This document shows, piece after piece, positions 50,658-61,284 of a stretch of 64,000 nucleotides of DNA; the stretch's first letter is position 1; each line of letters opens with the position of its first letter. The stretch comes from Geosiphon pyriformis uo1 (taxonomy: Eukaryota; Fungi; Glomeromycota), in the NCBI GenBank assembly GCA_016748015.1, contig JAAOMT010000029.1, positions 236,896 to 300,895 on the forward strand. Direction: 5' to 3'. Below the pieces are notes generated by a model that saw only the letters and a list, made by a program, of their open reading frames with translations, was not told the origin of the DNA and did not search any database. Both the position numbers and the translations under genes were made by a program.

Positions 50658-52313
50658 TTATTTCGGAGTTGCAAATCCTACGCGCCTTGAATCTATGTCA
50701 AAGATACTATAGGTTGTGGTCAGGAATGCGTCACCTAGTATCCATTCCTGCAAAATTCAAAATTATGAATTATCCATGGTTATTCCAAAAGTTAAAAGTA
50801 TTTCTCAAATAAAAAAATATTGGTTAATTGTTACTCACAGTGTCTTCTTTATCCATCACATCCACCCAACTCTCACAATAGTCTTCGTCAATATTCTGCT
50901 TCTTATAATCCGATTTTAACCATGTCGGCTCACCTACAATATATTTCCACTGAATATCAAATTTTCGTCCGGCCAACGTGATAGAAATGGCGCTACCTTT
51001 GAGGTTTCTGAACCGACATGGAAACGCCCAAACCTTTCGCGTCGCGTCGAATTTGGCGTTTTTTATTTTAGTATGAAAATCCTCTACACTGTCGTGAGGT
51101 AAGATAATCGCGGTTGAACCAGTATCGATCATGGCATGACCCCCACCAATAACAATTTCTTGTGTTTTGGAGGTTGAGTCAGGATAAAGCTTCAAATTCT
51201 CAACCGGAATAATCCAATAACTTGGATCTTTACCAAGAGAAAGATCCACGTAGGTGATCGAACCTGAATAATTATTTGGATCTACACCACCGAAATGGTA
51301 TTCTCCCGTTTTCACATCAGGTTGATGAAAAAAGACGGAAAATATTCGACTTGGAATTTGAGACTGTTTAAATAAAACATCAATTAATGGTGGAGGTGAA
51401 TACGAAAGATTTTCCCCTCTTCTATTTTTGTGAGTATTAATTTTATCAGGAAATCCGAGTCCAATGATTCCATCTACACGTTTTTGATACTTCCATCCAA
51501 TCGATTCGGTCAAAGCTAATCCGATTGTGGCATTCACTGCTTTAGCGCTACCGATCGCAATGGTATCCTGAGCATAATATCCCGTCGCTTTATCCCCGTC
51601 AGAGTATTCGATTTTCCATGTAATATCAGCGTTTTTCAAGAATGTTTTAGAGCGTGAGGGATTGAACAATGAATGAGATTTACACGCTTCAGATTTACAT
51701 TCTATAGACGGAATCCAAAATTGAGCTGAGCCTGTGTCGAACTAGCGTATTGTAATTTTGATAAGTTTTAGAGCCAAGGTAAGAGATCGATTTTATTTCC
51801 CGAAAATTATTACACGAATAAAGAAATCTAAGTTAAGTTAGAAAGGAAAAACAATACCTGAACATGAAACTCTTGAGGAGGTGTTCCAACTTTAATAAGG
51901 GAATAATACTATTGAAAAAACATAAATTTATTTAAATTATTTTGAGATATCGTTCACAAAATATTGAATGAAAATGCTTTTATTTATTTTCCAGATATTT
52001 ACCTCGCCAGAAGTGTAGGTCGCGTCTGTTTTAAAAATTTTTGCTCTTTGTCTGAGACGACGATTTGGCGGAACAATTAATTTTCCCCGATCACATTTCT
52101 GAATTTGGACTCTTGATAATAAAGACCAAAAACAAATTCATGTGTTTAAATGAGTAAATATGAAAATTCAAAGGAGATAGATACAAGATCAATACATTTT
52201 TTTGTTTGGACTTACTTGAGAAGATTTTCACTCGCAGCTTTTACAATTGAACTCGAACCTGACAGCAACCAAAACGAAAAAAGGAAAAGAATGATAATAG
52301 CCCGAGGAACCAT
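50658..52313 (-). CDS. Secreted pepsin-like (A1) aspartic protease, 5 exons
   Basis: Signal MVPRAIIILFLFSFWLLSG; YYSLIKVGTPPQEFHVQ/FDTGSAQFWIP; DGIIGLGF; second AMIDTGST; final exon EWILGDAFLTTTYSIFDIDSRRVGFA. Confidence 0.93.
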
Positions 52314-55300
52314 AATTTTTTTATTGAATAATAATCTCAGCTTAATGTTCGTTTGGTCAAAGAATTGATTGAAGAGGAATAGAATTTGTAGGTGTTTTAT
52401 ATTTGAGAGTATTCAATGCTAGCTAAAAAAACTCAAATTTTGTAAAGATCTAACTATAACTGTAAGTTTCAAAGCAAAATTTTCGAAAAGTCCCTTTCTG
52501 AAGTTCCAATGGTTCTTTATCTTGACTATTCACTGAATAGCCCAAAAAACAACCTGATCACCCAATGTTTTTAAAATGTATTAAAATGTGACCTCGAAAG
52601 AAAAAAGAAAATCCAAAATAATGATTAATAGTGACACACCCACTCTAGAATAAAAAATAAAAAAATAAATGGAGAAATGACTTTTTCAGAACGCGTATTG
52701 ATGCACCGCGATTCAATACGTGATTGATCAAAGGAAAAATGAAAGTATGATGATGATTTTACAAAGTGAATTTTATTAGAAACCCATGCACAGCACAAAG
52801 CTCTAAATAATAACAAACCATAGTTCGTTTACGCTATTTATATTTTTTTCAATATGAGGTGAATTTACATCATTACAAAGACTGAAAACGGAAAAGTCTC
52901 TATTTAGAATATTCGGAATTGATTTCCTTTTTTAGGAATTTCTTCAGCTATCCATGAAAGCCCTATTCTCATCTATTACTCATAGAAAAATAATTAATGT
53001 CAGCATTCAATCATTGTACTGATATTTAATACAGAAAATTTAAATCCAATATTATTATGCAAGCCCAAAAAGTTGAATGTTTGATAAAAACAGGGTTCTG
53101 TATCCAAATCTGCTTGTATCTCTGCAGCTGTAACCAATTGATTGCTAAGATTCTATTGATTCGATTCAAACTGTTCCTCGTTCATGTACATAATGAGTGG
53201 TTCGTTTGTGCTTCTCACACTTGTAAACTTGTCATATTTCCCCGTTTTTTTCATTCCAGGATTCAAATTCTGTTTAACTGCCATTGCATGCTTGGCGTAA
53301 AGTTAAATAATAAACTTTTTCTGACATAGCAATAAGAATAGTAACTTGAATTTTTCCTAAGCTATATAGAAATAGAGTAATTCTAATATTTAAATTTTTT
53401 CAGTAATAGAATAGAATCGCTAAGATAGAATGATGAGAGAAACCAATAAAAATACAAATAACCGTGAAAATGTAACAAGATCTAATAAACAAAATGCAAG
53501 CAATTAAGTTCAATTTCTTTTTATAAAACTAACATAAGGGTACAGGAAATTAGCTCAAACATTAGAATTATGGTTAGTATCATTTTTGTAAAAGAGAGAC
53601 TTTGATTTTGTTCAATCTTTTATTTTAAGAATAATTTATGAGGGTAAAAAACATGACTGGTCAAAAAGTTTAAAAGAACACATATTTTTGAAGAAGAGTG
53701 GATGGTTAAATTTAAATAATAAAATCAATTGAAATTAAAAGCTTGAAATGAAAATTTGCTTTTATGTATTACTTTTTTCATTTTTTTGTTAAATTAAAAA
53801 AAGAACTAATCAACTAAGATAGCTTTTTTTTCTTGAACCTTCAAATAAATATTCCAAAAGATTTTTATTTTTTAATCAAATATTTCCATTCAAAAAAATT
53901 GCAATAATATATGTTTAAAAGAAGAAAATGCATGAAACTGCTAAAATACAATCTTTAATAAAGATACTATTAAAAAAAATTATTATCATATTCAGAAGGT
54001 TGAAAAAAAAGGGAACAAGTCTTTTATTCAACAGTTTCAGGCATCTGGCCAACTAGAATCAATTCAAAACATACTTACCAAATCTCTGAATTTGATACAA
54101 AAAAACAAAATTTTAAATTCATTCATTTTATTTGTATTGTGCTAAAAAATCGAAGCAAATGATTAATCGAACCTATCTAGAGAACGACAATACAATGCTG
54201 TTAAATATAAAATATTGCCATGAATAGACTATTGTTCCAAAATTCTGAAACTTTAAACTAAATAATCCTAAGCAGTCTTTCACTGAGATTCTCTGATGAT
54301 TTTTCCGGTTGATTTATGAGTTTTTTCACTGCTAGAAATTTTTTAATTGCAGTTCAGCAAAAAGCAAAATGTTTGAACTAATTCCTGGATTTGACAAATT
54401 AGGCAAAGAAGGTTCAGTAACGATAAGAGAATTTCCAAGATACAAAACGGAGGAACAATGATATCAATAAATTTGGTAAGCTACAAGTCTGTACTACGTG
54501 AAGCGTATAGCAATGAAAATACCCAAGAAATTTCAATCAATGCAAGTTCTCAAGAAATTGTTTTATGTAACAATCTAAATGAAAATATTTTTCTCAGCAA
54601 GCTTTAAAATAATTTGGAAACCGAAAAGTCAGTTGAATTCTCTGATAACGAAAATGAAATCATTCTGAAAATGCAAATCCTGAAAGAATATTTGAAAAAG
54701 ATACTCAATTCTAATAGAAGAAAGTCTTTGGAACTATTTCTTAGAACATTTGCCCTGAAGAAATTTTTAGAAACGAGAACTCACAAGATAATCTATACCA
54801 AACCAAAGTATAAACCTTGAGATGATACGTCTAAAAAATGTTAGAATTTAGTCCATTCCAGAGGCTGATAAAGAAAAAAGTATTAAAAAATCAGTTCTTC
54901 CAAGCGCACGGATCATCGAAAAAGATTGCGCAAAAATCTAAAAACTACTTCAAACCCTTCAAGATGCTACAAAAATATCTTGAGATTATCTCCAAATTCA
55001 AGGAAGAAGCTCGAATTTCCTTCTCACTCAAACCAACTCCATGTGCCACAAATTCGACAATACTATAGTGGAATGGATTAGGGAGCCGATTTAGTCCTTA
55101 TTGCGTTAATACAAAAAAGAGATGAATCGTCAATCAGTTGGTGGGATCGATCAGTGAATAAACATTAGATTGTTTAGTAGGGTTTTTTATGAAAAAGATC
55201 TGATTTCGGATTTTTCAATCGACTTCACTGGGTTCATGTATGGTTTCCTCGAAAATTTAACTAAAGGAAGAAAAGATACAAACAATCGTATAACTCAGAA

Positions 55301-55568
55301 AGAAAGAATCATTTACATGTTAGATATTAAGCAAAACACGAACGTCTTTACTGTCATGAAATGAGATTAATTGCTTAAAATTTTTGGGGAAGCCGCAAAA
55401 TTGAAAAGTATCCAAACAGATAGCAGACGCGTAGAATAATTGTGCCCCGAGGTCTTTATTATTTGTCGGGATCTTATGAAGTTTCGTTGCCTCGAATACT
55501 AGATTAGATATTAAAGTAGTAATGACTAATTTATTAAAAAAAAAATCATAATGATGATACGACAATGA

Positions 55569-55641
55569 GCATCTGTGGTGTAGTGGTTATCACGTGTGCC
55601 TCACACGCACAAGGTCCTCGGTTCGATCCCGAGCAGATGCA
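55569..55641 (+). tRNA. tRNA-Val, anticodon CAC
   Basis: 73-nt cloverleaf: acceptor GCATCTG/CAGATGC, anticodon stem TGTGC/GCACA with loop CTCACAC, T-arm CTCGG-TTCGATC-CCGAG, discriminator A. Confidence 0.97.
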
Positions 55642-56261
55642 ACTATCTGACCTTGGCCACAAGAGAGTGCTTTTACTAACTCTTTTGATAGTCGATATAA
55701 ATAATAACCTTATTTTCGTATATCAAACAATCAAGTTTTAGGCCCGAATCAAAAAATTATTATTAAAATTTCGGCTAAAATGCTTCTCTGTTATTAGATG
55801 ATCAGTTAATTTAAGCGAAGCGGATCAAAAAGGTGGCTTTTTGGTTTTTTGCCAATCTCAACCTTCCCCTTGATGTTTTGTGGAAGACAACATTTCAGCA
55901 AGAGAACTAAATAAACATTTGATGACTAATCAAAAATCTCATACGTTACGCTGACGATCAAAAATTACGCCCAATTCTCGTAAAATTTAAGGGTTAATGT
56001 TTTTATGAAAGGTGGACTTGAAATCATCCGGCCGATGGATCTGATGTTTCTGAGTAGAATCATATGTCAAGATCTCAGTTTAAAAATAAGTGTTGGGGCG
56101 TATAGAACAGGAAAAGTCAAAAGCCCCAAAAGATTAAGAAACTTTTAGATCTGAAATGAGATTGACATTATCATGTAATGACGTAAGTGATGTTCAAAAT
56201 TAATAAAATTTCTCGAACCACAAAAATTTTTCGTCGTAGATTCATCTTACCTATCCCAAAA

Positions 56262-57869
56262 ATGGCTGCTATCCAACCACCCCTTTCGTTCAATCAAATA
56301 CAACCTAGAGTTTTGAGACCGTTTGATGCAGGTGAAATTAGGATTTTGTTGGTTGAAAATGTTAATCAAAGTTCTGTTGAACTACTTTCTAAGGAGGGTT
56401 ATCAGGTAAAAAAAAAAAGCAGCTTAATACTAAGGGGATCATTTGAGTTTCTCACAAATTTCCGATTAAATAGGTTGAGCATATTTCTAAAGCTCTTTCA
56501 GAATCTGATCTGATTGAAAAAATTCGAGATGTACATGCAGTTGGAATTCGATCAAAAACTAAAATCACTCAAAAAGTTCTAGCAGAAGCCAAAAAGCTAT
56601 TGGTGATTGGATGTTTTTGTATTGGTACCAATCAAGTTGATCTTGAAGCTGCTGCTAGACAAGGAATTGCCGTTTTTAATTCTCCGTTCAGCAATAGTCG
56701 AAGTGTAGCTGAATTGGTTATTGCAGAGATTATTGCACTATCACGGCAATTGGGAGACAGAAATAATGAAATGCACCGGGGTGATTGGAATAAAGTCTCG
56801 AAAAAATGCTATGAAATTCGTGGAAAAAGTCTCGGTACGCAGCCTCATCCATTCAACGTCATATAATCTACCTTTTTCTAAATTATATTGATCCCAACAC
56901 GTTTAATATTAAGGCATTATCGGGTATGGTCATATCGGCTCTCAGCTTTCTGTATTAGCAGAAGCAATGGGCATGAAAGTATATTTTCACGATATAATAC
57001 AAATCATGCCACTTGGCTCTGCCAAACAATTAGGCAGTCTTTACGAATTATTGGAACTTGTAGATTTTGTAACTATACATGTGCCTGAAACCGAAGATAC
57101 GAAGAATATGATTGGAGATACCGAAATCAAACTTATGAAACCCGGTAGTTTCTTAATAAACGCTGCACGAGGCTCAGTTGTAGTAATAAATGCTTTGATT
57201 AAAGGATTAAAGAGCAAACATTTGGGGGGCGCAGCGATTGATGTATATCCACGTGAACCGGGGGCTAACGGAGTGGGGTTGTTCAATAAAGATTTAAATG
57301 ATTGGACACCTGAGCTATTGGAATGCGAAAATCTAATAATGACACCACATATAGGTTCGAAAAATTTTTTTCTTCTTGAAATGACCTTTAAACCAACTAC
57401 AGACCCTGAAAAATAGTATCTAGGTGGTTCCACCGAGGAAGCTCAAAAAATGATTGGGATCGAGGTGGCTACATATCTCACAAAATTCATAAATAATGGA
57501 ACTTCAATTGGCGCTGTCAACTTCCCTGAAGTAGATTTACGTGCGATCCAAGAGACACAAAATTCATGTCGTCTCTTATTTGCACATCAAAATATACCAG
57601 GTGTACTCAAGGTATTTTTATGAAGCCTTTTTAGTATCTCCATGTTCACACAGTAAGAAATTTCATTTTAGATTTTGAAATATGACATTTAATAGGAGAT
57701 CAATGATATCCTTTCCGATCACAATGTCGATAAGCAATTCTCAGATTCACGTGGTGACATTGCTTACTTGATGGCTGATATTTCCGACGTGACTTACGCA
57801 GATATTCGAAAGATTTATGACTACGTTAGCTCGGTCAAGGCTAATATATTAACAAGGATTGTGTACTAG
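56262..57869 (+). CDS. SER3: D-3-phosphoglycerate dehydrogenase (Ser3/Ser33 type), 5 exons
   Basis: Motifs: IRILLVENVN, VGIRSKT, IGCFCIGTNQVDL, VFNSPFSNSRSVAELVI, GYGHIGSQLS, INAARG, TPHIGGSTEEAQ, C-terminal ACT-like HQNIPGVL. Alternative upstream in-frame ATG at 56190. Confidence 0.96.
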
Positions 57870-57952
57870 GCACAAAAGCTTGGTAATAGAGAGAATTTCT
57901 ACTCAGAATGATATAGAAAAACGCCCAAACATCTAAATATTCGATCTGCAAA

Positions 57953-58294
57953 TCAAATTTTTAACAGCATTTCGTTATTCTTCGCAAACTCCAAAACCTG
58001 CCTAATGTCAGAGCATTGCTTCTTGACTTCCTGAATCATCTTCATCATCTGTTCCTTCATACTAACATGATTAACCTATGAAATAAATTTTAACTATCAA
58101 CGTTTATTTACTTTATTGTCCCATATAATCATTTCATAAGAAAATACCAATTTTTCAGCGGCAGCTCTTGTTTCCCCCATTGTCTGAATAGTTGTCTGCA
58201 AATTGTTCAAATGATCAATAATATCGGTTTTTCGAGAATCACTAGATTCAAGTCATTTCGAAGCAAATGTGTCTGACGGTGATTCTATTGGCAT
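57953..58294 (-). pseudogene. Two-exon small helical/coiled-coil gene (about 89 codons) with an in-frame TGA at codon 14
   Basis: Exons 58294-58148 and 58075-57953 are joined by a canonical phase-0 GT..AG intron. Translation: MPIESPSDTFASK*LESSDSRKTDIIDHLNNLQTTIQTMGETRAAAEKL/VNHVSMKEQMMKMIQEVKKQCSDIRQVLEFAKNNEMLLKI*. Confidence 0.5.
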
Positions 58295-59137
58295 TATAAA
58301 TTTTGTTTAACTAAAAAGACAGATTGAGAAAAATATTAATCCTTTCATTGAAAAATTCATGCATCCTTATCTTAAATTTGTTATTATCTTGCTTTGTTAA
58401 TAATTAATATTTTCATTAAAGCTTTTAACTTACCTAATTTAATTATATTATTTGTGACTTTCATATGAAAAAATTTTCGTTTTATAAATACATTGAAAAC
58501 TTAATGCTATTTTTTATTATTTTTAAAATATTTGCTGTAATTATTTTTTAAATGTTTTAATATCAATAAATCAAAAAATTATATTATTATGTTATTTAAA
58601 ATATTTAAACCAATATTTGTATTAGTGTTTTTTATTGCCAATACAAATCCAGTTTAACTACTAACTATTTTACATATAAACCAATTATTATACATTAAAT
58701 GTAAATTATATTGAAAAAATACATAATTGGTTACTTAAATTACTTTAATAAACTTATAAAATAAAATATTTGGCTTATACAATAATTTAAATAATTATTA
58801 TTTTAAAAAAACTTAGATTTAATATTAAAGTATTATGAATTCCAAAAATCAAAATATTTTAAATATTTTATTATTTACAAAAGATTTTATGTTATTATTT
58901 ATTTTTTTATTGTCTATTAAACATATATTATATATTTTTTGAATTTAATAAAACTTTTAACTATTTTAAAAAGATTTTTAATTTGGTTTTTTATTAAAAA
59001 AAAGCTAAATATTTGATGTTGTAATGAGTTTATGTTTAATAATTTAATAATTTAAACTATCAGAAAATTATTAAATTCTTAATTCTTATAAGTAAAATTT
59101 CAAAAAAATAACTTGGATTTAAACTTTTTATTTAGTA

Positions 59138-61282
59138 CAGTCAGACCTCCATAAAAAAACTTTCGATAAAAGAACAACCTCTTACAAAGAACATTTTTTT
59201 ATAGAACCAATTGATTAATTAACAATTTTCCCTTTATAAGAACAAGAACATAATTTTATCAAACGTTTATTCGAAATTTACCTTCATATAAGAACAAATA
59301 TCACGTGCTAGATTTTAATTGGTAATTGGGAAAAGAGTTAGAACGTATTGAATTGATTTTATCCTAACTTTCTTTTAAATTGATTTATATTGGACTTACT
59401 CTTTTTAATCTTGTCTGTTTTCATGTACAGCCACTTAGCCTCTATTGTATTATCACAATGTCAGAACCTTTATTCAAAAAACAAAAACAAGCAGCAGTTA
59501 GTAAAGAAATTTGTCAATATTCCAAAAATCACTATGGCACAAAACATGATAATATTGTAGCTTACTTCAATCATAAATATCCAGAACTCCATATTTCTCA
59601 TCCAACTGTCTCTAAGATAATCAAAAAGCATGCAAAGTGGTTGAATATTGAAATTGATGAAGTCTCAGAAAGATCTATTCGACACAAAAGCGTTAAATTT
59701 CCATTATTAGAACAAGTAACTGCAGCCACTATCGAATTCAATGATCAACTAATTAAAGAGAAAGAAAGAAAATTTGCCAAACTTCTTGGTATGCACAAAA
59801 ATGAAATACAATTCTCAAATGGATGGGTTCAAAAATTCAAAAAACAAAAACCAGTTACGTGTTTACCGATTTCATGGTGAAGCAGGAAGTGTATCAACTG
59901 AAAGTTTACCAGAAAAATGAAGAAAATTAAAAACCATTATATCCGAATTTGATCCTGCTGACATATATAATGCTGACGAAACAGGATTATTTTTTTGGTA
60001 TGGGACCAAATCAAACACTTGCAAAATGTTGAAATGCAGGAAAAAAATTGGTATATTATATTTACCAATTGTTATCGTTATATATTATTGTTATATTAAA
60101 TTAATTGGGTTTTTTATAGGATAAATCTCGGATTACAATTCTTCTTGCTACAAATTCAACTGGATCTCACAAATTGCAACCTTTAGTAATTGGACATGCA
60201 AAAAATCCAAGATGCTTTAAAGGAATTAATACTTCCAACCTACCTGTAATTTACAAATTCAATTCCAAAGCATGGATGCGCTCAGATATATGGAAAGCAT
60301 GGCTCAAATATATAAATGAAGGCTTTCGAATTCAAAATCGGCATATATTACTTTTGGTTGTAATACAACTTCTCATCATACTCAAATCGGGGAAGATTCA
60401 TTCCAATTAACCAATATTACTTTGCACTATTTTCCTCCAAATACAACATCACATCCTCAACCAATGGATGTTGACATTATCAAATTTTTCAAAGGCAAAT
60501 ATAAGCACTTATATTGTCAACATATTTTACATCAATTTGAACAAAAAATTAATATTGAACAGTTAAGTAATATAATATATACAGTATTATTATCATTATA
60601 TATTATAAAATTTTATCTAATATTAATTTATTTTTTAGAAATAAATTAAACATAAAACAAGTAATTGATTATGTTGTTCAATTATGGTTTCAAGTAACAC
60701 CTGTTACAATTCATAACTGTTGGCAAAAAATGGATATTCTTTTCTATAATCAAGAATTAGAAATTCAAGAATCCGAAACATCAATTGCTATAGATATATT
60801 CAACAATTTACCATCAAATGCACAACAATTGGTCAAAAATCTCGAAGATTATACTGTAGCAGTTGATGAATTATTGGCAACTGAAAATATTCTTGATGAT
60901 AATGAAATTGTAGATATGGTTTTACCCGATGCTCATATTGAAACTAATACAATTAATGACTCGGAAGAAGAATTAGAAGAATCTCCACCTGCTATAATTA
61001 CAATTACAGAAGCATAAAAAATGTAACTAGATTAGAAGAGCAATTAGCAAAAGAAAATTTTAGTATAGAAAACCAAAATTTACTTAGAAAAAAATTATAT
61101 AAATACGAGAAAATTCTAAAAAACAGGTAACAATTAATCAATATTTTAATAATAATAATTGATTGATTTAATAAATAAATATAGTTTATTTGATAATAAT
61201 TATAAAACTCTATAAAAGAACACCTTTATAATGGAACATAATTTGCATGTCCCAATTGTGTTCTTTTATAGAGGTCTGACTG
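59138..61282 (+). mobile_element. Full-length pogo/Tigger (CENP-B/DDE_1) DNA transposon with inactivated transposase
   Basis: TIRs CAGTCAGACCTC(C/T)ATAAAA at both ends, flanked by TA (59136-37 and 61283-84). Transposase motifs: HTH (ISHPTVSKII), FSNGWVQKFK, IYNADETGLF, NSKAWM, PPNTTSHPQPMD. Contains frameshifts and stops. Confidence 0.95.
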
Positions 61283-61284
61283 TA

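Noticed and set aside
57041-57433. 130-aa minus-strand ORF
   Set aside because: Antisense shadow of a SER3 exon.
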